NCBI RefSeq assembly: GCF_006345805.1 | Contig: NC_043011.1 | Span: forward strand, 37,274,464 to 37,338,463 | DNA length: 64,000 bases | DNA from: Octopus sinensis | Lineage: Eukaryota | Direction: 5' to 3' | Notes under the pieces: model-generated | What the model saw: only the letters and a program-made list of their open reading frames with translations | Databases searched by the model: none | What the model was told of the DNA's origin: nothing | Shown here: positions 1 through 14,574 of the stretch, piece by piece | Layout: every line of letters begins with the position of its first letter | Position numbering within the stretch: the first letter of the stretch is position 1 | Translations under genes and position numbers: made by a program

Positions 1-899
1 AGGTTGATTATATACCTTCTGTACATCTTCAATCTGACTGTATTTCGCTTGTAAATGCAAATATTTACTAAAGATATGTGAAGATCCTTCTCTCATTAGC
101 AGTTTACAAAATTTCTCTTTACATTTATAACACCATTTGTTTGCATTGCAAAACTGACGCTTTGCTATTGGGTGTCATTGGCGTTTCCTTAATTTCCAAA
201 TAAATTGCTGATGCTGTACTTTGATGAAGGCAATGCTTTACGGCTAACAAAGTGCGACGTAACATGAGTAAATTACCTTCCGTTTGTCTATTATATGTCT
301 ACAGTCTCTTCTCACGAATTTCAAAATCAATAGATTAGCTCTAACAATAGAGATGTCTCTTTTATGTTTACTCAGTGAATAACTGTGGAATCAATACTTG
401 TGAGGAAATCGACGCCAAAATGGCAACACAATCAGTATAAATGCGAAATATTTGAAAGACATCATTTAGTATCATTGTTATAAAAGATTTCTACAGAAGC
501 ATAAACAGAGGGGAAAGAAAGGTATTTCCAGAAGCAAAAATCAAAATAAACGTTTACACTTGATTAATTACGTTCCTACTCAACAGCACATTTTCACCGG
601 AAGTCGTTACGAACAAAGTTTTTCAAGGTTTAGTTGACTTCTGATGAAAAGTTAAACGTGGCAAAGGAGAGATTAAAAGTGCTAAATGTTGACCCATGGA
701 TCTTTAGTTCAATTCCTGCAGGCGGTCGAGAATTCTCATCTACCATGTCTTTTCCATCTTCTAACACGAAAATAGCATGTATATTATATTTGCAGATATC
801 TACGTTCAAATCACCAATTCTTTCTCCTAATACATCTATGATAATAATAGTAATAATATTTATTATAATTATTGTTGTTGTTGTTGTTGTTACTTTCTT

Positions 900-1200
900 T
901 TTTCGAGCGTTGTGCCGCACGGTGGCATTGACCGAGACCATTTGGCATTATGCCCTGCTTGAGAAGAAAACTCATCAAGCGCCAAGTGAAACCACAGTCG
1001 TGGCAGATACCCGTATCATGCAAATGGCTCCCATGACGGTGGCACGTAAAAGCCAACATTACACTCTCGGTGTAGTTGACGTTAAGAAGGGCATTCCGCC
1101 ATAGAAACCACGCCAACCCAGACAGGAGTCTGTTGCAGCCTTTCAGCTTGCCAGTCCAGGCCAAACTGCATTCCATGCCAGCATGGATAACGGATATTAA
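900..1200 (+). mobile_element. Non-autonomous retroposon fragment, probably RTE-related
   Basis: Contains ggcacgtaaaag...acactctcgg...gttaagaagggcattccgcc...catgccagcatgga, a motif resembling RTE-associated SINE/LINE terminal sequence. Bounded by triplet microsatellites. Confidence 0.4.
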
Positions 1201-1233
1201 AGGAATATTATTATTATTATTATATTATTATTA

Positions 1234-1276
<43 letters not shown>

Positions 1277-1277
1277 G

Positions 1278-1825
1278 AGTGAGAGAGCAGTGCATACCAT
1301 CAAAGTGACACTGGGGTAAAATATACGAAGCCCTGTATACCCATCATGACTACCCGTCTCATAATGGTAAACTAAGCACATGCATCACAACCATATGTGC
1401 GCGACATGCTGATCTCATATCCAGATAAAGAACACATGCCCCGGCAGATGGGGCCCAGTTAGAATGTTCTTCTGGTTGAGTAACCCATCCTACTCAAAGG
1501 TCCCTGAATAAGGGTTGTTTAAGGATGCTGAACGAAACACACCAGAGGTGAATTATTAAAACCCCAAAGAATACCTCGCAACACATGGCTATGATGCTCC
1601 CCTACTATGTCTGCTCGTGATCAGAGATGTACATATCGTCAGCCACTAAGGGGCATGCTCAACTGGTTAAGGGTAAACAAATGACAAGCAAATCTGTGGT
1701 ATTGAGCAGAATATTTGCTGTAGCCCATCTTTTATACCAAGACAAAACAATGTACATGATAACACTTTCAATCAGTTAAGATCAGAAACCATGAGAGCCA
1801 CTGTCTGGTACTGCATCAGGACAGT
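1278..1825. repeat. ~550-bp putative interspersed repeat embedded in (ATT)n
   Basis: Complex sequence with sharp boundaries against (ATT)n tracts on both sides. No ORF. Confidence 0.35.
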
Positions 1826-1867
1826 TTATTATCATCAACATCGTTGTTATTATTATTTTTGTTATCA

Positions 1868-1934
<67 letters not shown>

Positions 1935-2664
1935 CATTATTATTATCATTATTATTATCATTATTATTATCATCATTATTATCAGTACTATCATTATTCT
2001 CTTCTTTCAGTTTTGTTTCCATTTTTTGCCGAGTGTCCTTCCAATGTCTATGGCAAAGAAACTCACTCTCGACATTGGTAGGCCATTAAAATAAATACAC
2101 CATACTGTTCATTTACTGTTCTATCTGTGATAGAAAACAAAAGCTAAGAAAGACAAGAAAGAAGGAAGAAGAAGAAAAATTGAAAATTCCAAAGAAAACA
2201 AAGAAAATTAAAGGTAAATCCGAAAAGAAATTCACATGTACAATGCTCTTCTCAATACATGTAACGTACCAATTAAGACAATCTTTTGCATATCTTGAAT
2301 CGAATATAAACCAGAGTTCATCTTCAAATAATTTTTACAGTTCCCTTTCTGATCATCCCAAGTGCTCCAACATTCACTGGCGTTGTCATCGTCTTCAAAA
2401 TTTGCAATGCATATTAATAGTTTTTTGGGGGGCGGTATCAGACGCTTTAAACCAGTATGCTTAAAAATTGCTGTATAAATATATTTTTCTTTTCAGTCTG
2501 TCGCTGTGAATCCTAAAACTTGCATTAGTAGAACTCCACTTTGTATTTTCATACATTTGTGGATATTAAAACAAATATTACTTGAGCATATTGAGCGTTG
2601 TAATCCAATATATGCCTATTCGGTTTTTCTGTTACGCGTTAATATAGTAGAAATAATTACAATG

Positions 2665-2812
2665 ACACGAGTAGTAATCGATGCGTTGGGAATGATAAAG
2701 AATGCAGCTGAGAAGTATATTAACCAACTCCCTGGTAACTCTAATCTCCGTGAACTAAAAAATATAATCCTGATGGGTACAGCTTATATACTACGGAAAG
2801 CAATCTTATTTG
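2665..2812 (+). mobile_element. R4/Dong-type LINE extreme C-terminal fragment
   Basis: RVVIDALGMIKNAAEKYINQLPGNSNLRELKNIILMGTAYILRKAI is homologous to the C-termini at 52670-52810 and 53750-53880. Confidence 0.75.
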
Positions 2813-3122
2813 AAGTCGATCCCGAAAGAATGAAAGGCAAAGTCAACCTCTGTAGTATCAGAAAATACGGCGTAAAATGCCGTAAGTGCGTTAGTAATTT
2901 TGTCCGACTTCGTAAAGATTTTTTCCGACTCACAACCTTAGTACAGGTTTCAAACTTTGGCACAACACCAGCAAGTTCGGAGGTGTCCAACTGATATTTA
3001 CTTTATCGACCCCGAAAGGATGAAAGGCAAAGTCGACTTCGGTGGAATTTGAACTCAAGGCGGGCGAAATGCCGCTAAGCATTTTGTCCGACGTAATAAT
3101 AATTCTGCCAGCTCACGTCTCT

Positions 3123-3520
3123 CTTTTCTTTTATTCTCTTTTATTTGTTTCAGTTATTTGATTGTTACCATGCTGGAGCGCTACCGTTAGTCGAGCAAAT
3201 CGACCCCGGGACTTATTCTTTGTAAAGCTAATACTTATTCTATCGGTCTCTTTTGCCGAACCGCTAAGTTACAAGGACGTAAACACACAACAATCGGTTG
3301 TCAAGCGATGCTGGGAGACAAACACAGACACATAAACACACCCATATATATATATATATACATATAAATATATACGACGGGCTTCTTTCAGTTTCCGTCA
3401 ACGAAATCCACTCACAAGACCTTGGTAGAAGACACTTGCCCAAAGTGCCAGGCAATGGGACTGAACCCGGAACCATGTGGTTGGTAAGCAAGCTACTTAC
3501 CACGCAGCCATTCCTGCTCC
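3123..3520 (-). mobile_element. SINE family A copy
   Basis: Reverse complement of the 40342-40753 consensus. Confidence 0.85.
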
Positions 3521-4565
3521 TATGATATTGATAATATTGATAATAATTATAATAATTAAAGCAAAAATAGTCCTTTCATCTGGAAGCACAAGGTCTCAAG
3601 TTTTGGGAAAGGGATTAAGTCGATTACATAGACCTCAGTGCGTAACTGGTACTAAATTTATCGACCTCAAAAAAACTGAAAGGCAAAGTCGACCTCGGCG
3701 GAATTTGAACTCAGATTGTAAAGACGGACTAAATACTGCTAAGCATTTTGTCCGGCGTGATATCAATACTGCCAGCTCACTCCGTTATCCACAGTAATAT
3801 AAATAATATTGATAATAAAATAATAAAACAACTATAGGAACAATGGTAATATAAAAAAATTAGAAGTAAACTTGTGAAGCAGAATATAATTCTTATTTCT
3901 GAACAACCGACTTCATTACGAGTAATTAGGGACGGGTACACAATGTGAACAAAGCATCATTTTCAATGCTAACATCAACGAAGAAACCAGCAAAAAGAAC
4001 GAAATACAAATACAAAGCTATAACAACATCAGCAATAACAAACAAAAAAATTATTTACCATTATAGAGCAAGAAAGCCAGAACAACATCGATAACAAAAT
4101 GGTAATTCGCAAGTGTCTTTAAAATACATTCTGGCTCTCCACCAGGGATACGGGAAAAAAAAAACAAAAATACAGAAAGATTGAAAGCAAACAAATGAAG
4201 TGATACGGGAAGGAAAACTGGCTTGTAATATTTACAATGGCAGCAGAATATCAAAGGAAGAAAGACGAAAAAAAATTGAGAAAGAGAAAGGAAGGATAGA
4301 TGATAGAGAAAAAAAAAAAAAAGGTCAGAAGTAGAAAGAAGAAAGATTTGCCAGTGGACAGAAGCAGCAAAAACAAAGGAAACAAAAACGAAGATATAAA
4401 GTAGTAAATGAAGCGTGCCATCTCGATTGAGGTGAATGCAATCAGAATGAAAATCAGTAGAGAACTTGAAGTAGCAAAGTTATACCTCTCTTCTGTGATG
4501 GTGTGTGTGCATGCATTTCATATATGTATGTGTGTATGTGTGTGCATGTGTGTGTGTATATATCT

Positions 4566-4606
<41 letters not shown>

Positions 4607-4636
4607 CACAAATATATACGTATACAAATATGTATC

Positions 4637-4681
<45 letters not shown>

Positions 4682-4736
4682 GCAAATAAACATATATATA
4701 TATATATATTATATATATATATACATATATACAACT

Positions 4737-4769
<33 letters not shown>

Positions 4770-4776
4770 GAATATA

Positions 4777-4812
<36 letters not shown>

Positions 4813-5521
4813 TGTATGTATGATGTATGTATGTATGTATGTATGTATGTATGCTTATGGGTGTGTGTGTGTGTGTGTGTCCAAAACAATTACAGAGAAT
4901 AAAAGAACAAGGAGAGTGGTACATCTTCAAATGTTTCTTTTGATTTAACAGCTCTCATGCATAGATATGCACACAGACACACACAAACACACATACACAC
5001 AGATACAAGCAGACACACACAGATGCAAGCACAAGCAAACACAAACACACACAACTCGAAATTTAATATTAGAGAAATATTACTCAAAGCTTATAAGCAG
5101 TTCGTCTGCAAAATTAACAGGCGATGATAAGCAACAAAAATAATAACGTTTGGACCTAATAGGTTGCACTAAGTTCTCTGCAATGTAAACTAATTTGAAC
5201 AGTTAAGAGAACCTTGCTATTGTTATGAATATCGGATTGATCAGTAGCATATAAAATTAGAGAAATGTGAAAGGAAGGTGAAAATTAAAGAAAATACGAA
5301 CACTGGAAGAGATAAAGGTAATAAGGAAATGAAAGATAAAGATCTTAAAGGCGCAACTCCTCTCATGATGTATTTTTATCAACACCCATAAATATGTGTG
5401 TGTGTGTGGACTGCGAATATGTATTACCTACGTCCGTTTGATGTCCACTCGTGAATAACAGGGGTAGCATTATTAGCGATGCAAAAAATGTCAGCAATGC
5501 CGTGCATCAGGGTTCACCCTC

Positions 5522-5690
5522 TACATAGAAAATAACTGGAAGAGATACCTGGATAATTGTTTCATTCTTTGGCATGAAAGTATAGAGAAACTTAAAGAAT
5601 CTCAAACACTTTTAAACGCCCTTCACTTAAACTTTCACTTCACAATGGAATGTAGCCATCAACAACTTTCATTTCTACGACATCCATAAG
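5522..5690 (+). pseudogene. Penelope-like reverse transcriptase fragment
   Basis: YIENNWKRYLDNCFILWHESIEKLKESQTLLNALHLNFHFTMECSHQQLSFL matches the PLE RT pattern WxRYxDDxF...LNxxHxxIxFTxE....LxFLD. Confidence 0.8.
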
Positions 5691-6713
5691 ATGTTCTTCA
5701 TGATAAAATTATTTTAGCATTTTCTAACGTCTCTTATTTTCCTTGAATGTGTATATAGGTGTGTGTGAGTGTGTATACAGACATACAGACAGACAGACAC
5801 ACACACACATACACACACACACACACATACACACACACACACACATACACATATATATATATATGCTTATGTATGCGCAATATTTAGAGTGCTGGAGTAT
5901 TGGAGTGAGTTAGTTCTAATCTTTCCTGTTTGTTCTGTTTGTCATAGGTAAGCGGTCTTCCATATTTGTAAGCATTGTAGTTTATGCTTATTTGTATTTG
6001 TTAATTGTACGCCTCACGCCCATGCCTCTCTCAATATACATACATACATACATACATACATTTATATATATATATATATATATACATATGTATGTGTGTG
6101 TATACCATTATGCGTGTATTCCTACATATATATAAAGATATCTATATGTGTATATATATATATATGTATATATGTGTATGTATACACATACATACACACT
6201 GTGAGAGTAACAGACAGACTGTGGTGCTCATAGCATTCTATACACCCCCATCTTCTGATCGATATCAGATAAACAAAAGTAAGTAGCAACACTTCACAAG
6301 CCACTGGAGCAAGACCGACCAGGCAGAACATAACAGACGCAGAGACTCCTATATACACTCACTACACACACACATGCCCACACGCGGAGAAACACAAACA
6401 CATTCAAATGTATACACATGGCTATGCACAGCAAGACATACATTCATATATATATCTATGTATTTATCTATCTAAGTGTGTGAGTATGCCCACAATCACA
6501 CATGCAGACTGATTTTTTTTTAAACAAAAACCGATAAAATTGTTTCAATATAATTATATATTGAGACATATATTCATACGTATAAACATGCAAATAATCT
6601 ACAACCCCAACCACCTACACACAAACATACACATATAAATATATGCATATCTATATATGTGTCTACACACTCATGTGCACACATATGCAAGTATCTTATA
6701 CACACGCGTGAAT

Positions 6714-6758
<45 letters not shown>

Positions 6759-6761
<3 letters not shown>

Positions 6762-7304
6762 TATTATAAAAGGCAGATTTTATCTGCCTCCCTTTGGGAG
6801 TTATAGAAATCTACAATATAGGATTTCTTCAATTACAATTTACCTAGCATTTTTAAGAGTAGAATGCATCGGGTCATGCCAGGTCCAGTTTTTAAAATTT
6901 AAACTCCAATTAAGCAAAATTTACAGAAAACTCACATTCTGGTGTGTATGTCAAATGCTTTTCTTAGTCTGGTTTACAGCACACGCAAACGCACACACAC
7001 AGTGTGCAACGAATAAAATGAAAGTAAATAGCGACAGAGTGATTTGAGGAAGACTAAACTGAAAGCATTTAAACCACTACTCAAAAAATAAAAAAAAAAC
7101 AGCAAACAGAAACAAATAAATACATAACCATTTACTCCTCACACAATTTCTTCAATTAGAATTTACCTAAGATTTTTCAAAGTACTCCATTCGCTCATGC
7201 CATAATATATTTCTTTCAATTTCACCCCCAATTAAGACAAAATTCGAGAAAACTCAATATTTTAACATTTCACTCCGAAACCATTGATGTACATGTGTGC
7301 GTGC

Positions 7305-7369
<65 letters not shown>

Positions 7370-8234
7370 ATGGGTTGTGCGACACAGAAAGTGTGGTGTG
7401 TAAGAATAGTGCTTTTGTTAGTGTGTGTAAAGAGACAGACAGAGTGAAAGACAGAAATAACTGAAGTTTTCACTATGATATCATCACGTGCGAAAAAATT
7501 CGAAGGGTTTTGAACAATTGAGATACAGATGTCACGCCCGTATTGAAACCATTGCTAAGCTGCCGTAATTGCTTAATTAAGACTTTGTTTAAATTGAAAG
7601 GGGCAAATATGTGACGAGGTTGAAAAAAAATACCCCAGAAAAAAAATGTACTGCTGGTATTTATATAATTCACTACTATTTTGCTACAATGTCATGAAAA
7701 AGAAAAAATTTAGGTATGTAAATCGAATTCGCCACCCCCTTTTCCCCGTTCGCGTTTGTGTAAAAAAAATTATTATTTAAGTTTTAAAAATTATTTACTT
7801 TGTTCAAAAAATATTAATATTAATTAATTTTCAAGAATTATTTAATTTTATTCTGTAAAATAGTAATTAATTCATTTATCTGTAAATCCGCGAGGTTGTT
7901 ACTCAGGCACCTACAATGGTAACCTTCAACTAACACTATCTCCTCCGAGACCCTGCGGCGCAAGTTGACCAAAATTGAGAGTATGGTAGAAGAAGGGTTG
8001 CTCTTCCTTCCGTAGAACATAAAATTCAACTCGGACCATGTTAACACCAAAAATTATTTACATCAAAAAGATGCTTTTTTCTATGAAAATCCCTATTTTT
8101 TACGATTTTTTCACTGCTGTGTCGCCACTTTTCGGTGTATTTCGACCAGAAAAATGTTCACAAAATTTTTACTTTTCAAAATTACAATTCCAGCGGGTCG
8201 AAACAAACCCGAGCAACGCCGGGCGATACTGCTA

Positions 8235-8235
<1 letters not shown>
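6759..8235 (+). mobile_element. Non-autonomous Helitron (~1.48 kb)
   Basis: 5' end TC (tcttattataaaaggcag). 3' end has a GC-rich subterminal hairpin motif (cccgagcaacgccggg) and terminal CTAG. Inserted between A and T inside (TA)n with no TSD. Confidence 0.8.
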
Positions 8236-8272
<37 letters not shown>

Positions 8273-11200
8273 TATAAGGATGTGATTCTTGTCATAGCAG
8301 AAACATTTTGATGTATAAAGGGAGCTCTTTAAATATACTACTAATCAGATTTAGAAGAGATATACTATAATTTTTATAATTTATATAATTTCATCTTCTA
8401 AAAAAGGAACTTGAAAATTATATCCATCTATCTACCTATCTATCCGACATTTTATCTATCTATCTATCTTTTTGTCTATCGTATTTGTTTGTCTGTCTGT
8501 CACGATATGGATATGTGAGTGCGATGTATGTATGTGTGTGTATACATACATACATACATACATACGTATATATATATATACATACAGAAAAATATGTATA
8601 TATATGTAAATACTGACGTACATAATTGCATCATATATACGTACGTACATGCCTACATACATACATACATACATACATACATACATGCATGGATACATAC
8701 ATACATACATACATACATACATACATACACAGACGCTTTTGCAGTTGCACTTTCGAAACAACTGCCTGAATGCATCATATGACAATGTGAACCACCTAGA
8801 CGTTACCCATTGTAAAATGTATTTTCGTTTTGTATTCCTCCCATATATGCATAAATTTACTTTGATGTGTGTATGCCCTCTAGGTTTATGTTTTCCTTTA
8901 TCAATATCTATAGAAATTTTAACGTATCATATTGAATTATCTTATCAGCTTCAAAATAGCACTCCATTTTCCCAATTGCTCCATCGGAATAATAATTGAA
9001 AAATTCTACCAAAAAATATGCTCATGCGTATATGTTAAGAATTAGTACTATTTATCCAAGAAATACACCAAAATACCAATGATGTTCTCTGTTGAGACAA
9101 AATATTTTCTTCCATCCTTTCATATGTATAATTATAAAACGATGTAAGCAACTGTTTTCGCAATTTCTATATTGTTCTGATGTAACATCATTAGAAAAAC
9201 TTCTATTCTAAGTGTAATAAGTACGTGAATATTGGAAAAGATGCATTCAAGTGCCTTGGTTAACAGAAATGCTAAAAGTTAGCAAAGATTTCCAATGTTA
9301 ACAAAAACGTTCAACAAAAATCACGAACAGCTTTATACATATTACTACAAAAATTCACGGTTACAGAGATGTTTGTGGTTAATAAAAAAGTAACGGATCA
9401 AAGTAGTACAATACACCCAATGTACCAAAGAATGTCCAGTAGAGGGCGTAAAAACGGTGATGAAGTTTAACAAGATTTTTCAAGGGGAAAACTGTTTTCA
9501 ACTCATTCTTGATCTTATGATACGAGCTTCAAGTTTAAAATTGAGTGATATAATTAAAAACCACCATTAAAATTTCATGTTAATTTAAGTTTAAAACAGC
9601 AGCTGAATTCCGATTTGTTTTTATTAAATTCTTTATAATTTTTTTTTCATGATTTATAGAAAGAAAGATAGAGTATTTCAACAGAAATTTGGGAATAAAA
9701 GTGTTAACTTTAATGTCATGGTCACTAAATGTAATACTTTTATAGAATTAGGATTTTAGGATTTTGCTTTGCCCAGGTCGTTTCCGTGTTTCTCCCAAAT
9801 AAATAATCTGCCAATATCATTAGTGAAAAATATTGTGTATGTGAGTTTATGTGCCAATTACAAACAGAAAGAGATACACTCCACATGCGTTCAATCATCG
9901 AGGATTGCATCTGTAAAGCATTGATAAAGATTCTTGGTATTGCTTTGTCGAGGGATTTGGCCGTGAAAAATTATGCTACCCTAATTATTATACAGAGAGT
10001 TGATCGCTCAACTGAATATCAGCAATCGTTGTTTCCTTTTGAACATGATGAAAACGGCAGCTGTATGAAGTTAAGATTTGTTCTTTTATTCTGTTATCCA
10101 ACAATATGTTGTCCGCGATAGTATGAAAATTTACGACAAGATGTAATGCTTTGACCTCTCCTTAAATATGAAACACAGTTGGCATTTATGCAAATTGTAG
10201 ATATTCATTGTCCCATACCTGGTGTTTGGTGATGGCTACCTCCTGTACAGTATAAATGTATAAGCCATTTTCTATGTTGGTAATTCAGCTGTAAAAGTTA
10301 AGAACAGTGATTCCAGATAATTGTTGTTATTATTAATGCTCTTACGTTATAGCTAGGTGTCGTGGAAGAAACCTCTTTCTCCTGTGGCTTAATACACTCA
10401 TATTGGCAGTATTTCAACCGTATATCCAGCATTTTACATTTGGCAGTATTTTATAGCGAATGGTGCTGCAGTTGTTCAAGACGGTTTGGCTATCAGACAA
10501 ATTATATTAGAATACTAAGTTTTGCTTCGGGGATCAAGCGCTGTCAAGACACCTTTCATCCAGTGATCAATACGTGTACTGGATGTTCTTGCTATTTATA
10601 CGTTCAGATCAATTCTGATTAACCATATCTCTGATTTCTCTGATCAAAAGGTTTCCGGTTACAAATATCTCGGCACATATTCGCGGTTTTACATATAATC
10701 AATAAAAAAAATTATCAATATTTCGCGATCCACGTCACCCTTATAGATTTGTTTCTTTTCCATTTGAAACTATTCTATTGCTCTTGGATTGATTATAAAT
10801 TTCATCAAAACACGAAATGCCACAGAATGTCGTTGAAACTAACTTTTGCATCAAGAAATTAGACCTTGTTAAAATGTAACACATTGATTTTTTTCCCCAA
10901 ACCAATAATATTATCGTTGGTTTTCATTTCTTCTGTGCTCTTTCTGTCAAGTACTCCTTTTCCCTCATTAACTGCTGTTTATATTTATGTATATTTATAT
11001 TTTATAATAAAATATTTCATATCTTTCAACATTATTTCCCAATTATTTTTAAAAACGGTTTTTGTTATAATTATTTTCCAAAAATCCATACAATAATGGT
11101 TGAGATGATTCTGTTAGCACAGCGTTTGTTTGAATTCTTGGAGCAGGAATTCTATACAGTTGAGTGATGATTTTCCTTCTCAATTAAAGCAAATCATTCA

Positions 11201-12255
11201 ACTGTGATGTGGGAGTGGCATCAATTTTCACATTTTGTTGATTTAGTGGAATCGATGAATTTTTTTTACCTATTTATTTGTTTTCCTCTAAGAGGTACCA
11301 ACAATCATCAATTAGAATGTTCCTATGCTAAAATTTTATATTTTTTCACACAAAAGCTCATAATTAACTGCACAGGTATTAATTCACAAAACTCTTTCAT
11401 TCACAGATTTGGTGCACATAGTCATATAAACACACAAACGCACATACATACATACACTGAAAAATACGCACGTATATGTCTGTGTGTGATGCAAATATAT
11501 ACATATATATACACACATATATATGTATACATATACATATATATATGTGTGTGCATATATATATATATATGCATATATATATATATATATGTGTGTGTTT
11601 GTGTGTGTGGGTGGCTTTGCATGTGCGCGTACATGCAATCATGCAAACAAACCCACGCACACATATATATATATATTTGTGTGTATATGTATATATGCAC
11701 ATATATATTAGTGTATATGTATATGTGAGTGAATATGTGTGCTTGTGTATGTGTGTGTGTGTGTGCGTTTGTGTGTGCGTGTACATATATTCATGCAAAC
11801 ACATACGTACGTGGGTGTATTGTTTTGTGTCTTCAAATCTGTAACTAATGCTGCTCACAAGAAATATAACCTTTCCAAACGCTAAATAATGCGCGGTAAT
11901 AAATGTAAATGGCATGCCATGAAGTCTTAGCTTATTGCGATGGAGTCGTTTGGGCACCAGTGTGCAATGCTGCATCATTTGGGGCTTCTTTAGACATTGA
12001 CAAACGAATCGCTTCCGAGGTTTCATCAGAGCTGATGTCGTCCTAAACAGTATTTAGAGTGACACGCAAGAAGGTAGTGAGAATTAGTGAACAATTAAAG
12101 GAGTACATGGTTAGTACTTTATCCATCCGCTTCGAAATAATGCAACGCACACACACATATATACACAGACATATAGAGAAATATAGAGAAATCCATAGTA
12201 TTATACATGCTTATAAACATACAGAAAAATATAGATATTTATATATATATATATA

Positions 12256-13068
12256 ACGGGAAGGTTTACGAAAATAAACAAAAGACGAAGGCAGGTTTAC
12301 GAAAATAAACAGGAGACGAAGGCAGGTGGAGTACAAACAAGAGACGAAGGCAGGGGAGAGGAGGGGGAGAGGAGGAAGGGGAGGGGAGAGGGAGATTAGG
12401 AGGGGAGGGTGAGGGAGATGAGGAGAAGGGGAAGAGAAGAGGAGTGAGGGAGCAGAGAGAAAGAGAGAGGGGGAAGAGGGAAGAAGAAAGAACAAGAGGG
12501 AAGAAGGGAAGAGGAGGGAAAGAAAGTAGGGGTGAAAAGATGAAGGACTGACGAGAAGTAGGAGTCAGGGTGAGGTTAGATGAAAAAAAAGGGGGGTAGG
12601 GGGGTAGATGAAAAGGGGGAGAGTTGAGACCAAATGGCGTAAAAGAGCGAAGAGAGAAGATTAATCCCTGTTCACGGCGCAAACGGGAATCCGGATGGCC
12701 TCTGTGCAAGGACAATCCGAACACAGACAGGTGTTCCAAGGGGTTACCGGTGGAGCGAAATTGGCATGAGACCGGTTTGTCATTGGCCAGCGGAGATCTC
12801 GGAGGTGTTCCGTGAACCGGTCAGCCAAGCGGCGTCCCGTTTGTCTGATGTACAGGGAATTGCAGAGAGAGCAGGAGATGCAATAGATGATATTGCTGGA
12901 GGTGCAGGTGAAGGAGTCGATGATGCGATAGGGTCGATGATGGGTGCCAGTGAGGAGGGTGGTGTTGGAGAGGTAAGGGCAAGTGCGGCAACGTTGGCGG
13001 AAGCAGGGGAACGAGCCATGTTGGGAGGTAGGGTCAGGGAAGAAGCTGTGGACCAAGTGGTCTCGTAG
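12256..13068 (-). mobile_element. Penelope-like element 3' fragment with GIY-YIG endonuclease (frameshifted)
   Basis: Minus-strand translation: PCFRQRCRTCPYL...FTCTSSNIIYCISCSLCNSLYIRQTGRRLADRFTEHLR, then after a frameshift HFRSTGNPLEHLSVFGL...REQGLIFSLRSFTPFGLN. This is the CCHH-associated GIY-YIG signature of PLEs. It is followed by a pyrimidine-rich 3' region with three ~30-bp tandem repeats abutting (TA)n. Confidence 0.9.
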
Positions 13069-13083
13069 GTTTATCCTTACATA

Positions 13084-13253
13084 GGCGTAGGTGTGGCTGT
13101 GTGGTAAGTAGCTTGCTTACGAACTACATGGTTCCGGGTTCTGTCCCACTGCGATCACCTTGATCAAGTGTCTTCTACTCTAGCCTCGGACCGACCAAAG
13201 CCTTGTGAGTGGATTTGGTAGACGGAGACTGAAGGAGGCCCGTCGTATGTATG

Positions 13254-13290
<37 letters not shown>

Positions 13291-13495
13291 TTGTGTGTCT
13301 GTGTTTGTCCCCCCAACACCGCTTGACACCCGATGCTGGTGTGCTTACGTCCCCGTAATTTAGCGGTTCGTCAAAAGAGAATAAGTACTAGGCTTACAAA
13401 AAATAAGTCCCGGGGTCGATGTGTTCGAATAAAGGCGGTGCTGCAGCATGGCCACAGTCAAATGACAGAAACAAGAAAAAGAGTAAAAGAGTATA
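13084..13495 (+). mobile_element. SINE family A copy
   Basis: Colinear with 40342-40753 over its full length. Confidence 0.85.
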
Positions 13496-14132
13496 TGAAC
13501 ACAGTGTTGTTTAAAGAAACACAGTTCCAGCGCTAATTTTCGAATATTAATGAAATAAATTCATAATTTTTGTATTAGGTGACTTTTGCAAAGGACTTTT
13601 CTAAACATTGTTAATATACCAACGTTCGGAATTTAATCACTTCTTTCTAATTGCGGTATGTAATGTTCACAGACTCTTCAGCTTTCTCTTCAAATTAAGA
13701 AGAATAACAAGGAAAATCTACAAACAAATATACACAACTACTCATCATTTGATTCTACGCTCCCTTAATTATCTCTACACGTAGGCTGCGTAGGCAGTCA
13801 CAGAATTATAAATTTTCCGAACTGAAGTCATTGAAATGTTAAAATATATATAAATACGACAGCTGTCAATTCCAAAGTGGAAAAAAAGTTTTTAAAAAAA
13901 TAGAATAAGAAAGGTAAGACAGTAACATACGACAGAAAGAACGAGTATAACATACAAATATTATAGCAACTCATTTTTACAATTAAAGTGGTTTAATTTT
14001 CCATTAAACATAGTTGTTGACGTTGTTGGTATTGGTGGTGGTGGTAGTTGTGATGGTGCAGTGTTAATAGAGACAACATCAACTTTGTATATGACAGAAT
14101 TCTATATCTGTTTTAATTCTACTACAATCATT

Positions 14133-14574
14133 GGATCTTTTCGGTTTGAACGGCAGTTTTTAACATAATTTCTAGGTAACTAAAAAATTTAAACTTCATA
14201 TATTGGTAGAATGTATTTATAAAACATCTTTTTCTCTTGGCTTTATGGAGAAAATTCTATATTTTGCAAGATATTTGTTGTTTTTTTTCTTCAATTTCTG
14301 CAATTTTAACCAATCACTGACGTCTATTGAGGTAAAAAAAAAACATTCTGTGCCGTATGAATATGTCCGTCGTTTAAGAAACAGATTTGGTTTATTTACA
14401 TTTGTGAAGAAAAAAAGATACCCTTTACCCCACCCCTAACCCTAACCCTAACTTTAACTAACCCTAACCCTAAAACAGATTGAAATACAATAGATCGATA
14501 CAAAGGTCATAATTATGGGTGACAATTTCATATGACACCGCTAGAAAAAACTGCCGTTCAAACCGAAAAGATCC
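14133..14574. mobile_element. MITE with 28-bp perfect TIRs and internal telomere-like repeat
   Basis: TIRs ggatcttttcggtttgaacggcagtttt (14133-14160) and aaaactgccgttcaaaccgaaaagatcc (14547-14574). (CCCTAA)n-like tract at ~14434-14473. Confidence 0.8.

Noticed and set aside
630-840. ORF with IGDLNVD, resembling the GDFN motif of an AP endonuclease, or an exon
   Set aside because: Only one short motif matches and the downstream PT/IDH motifs are absent. It cannot be assigned.
9850-10860. Complex non-repetitive stretch, possibly coding
   Set aside because: All six frames contain frequent stops. At most a very old LINE relic, with no motif strong enough to call.
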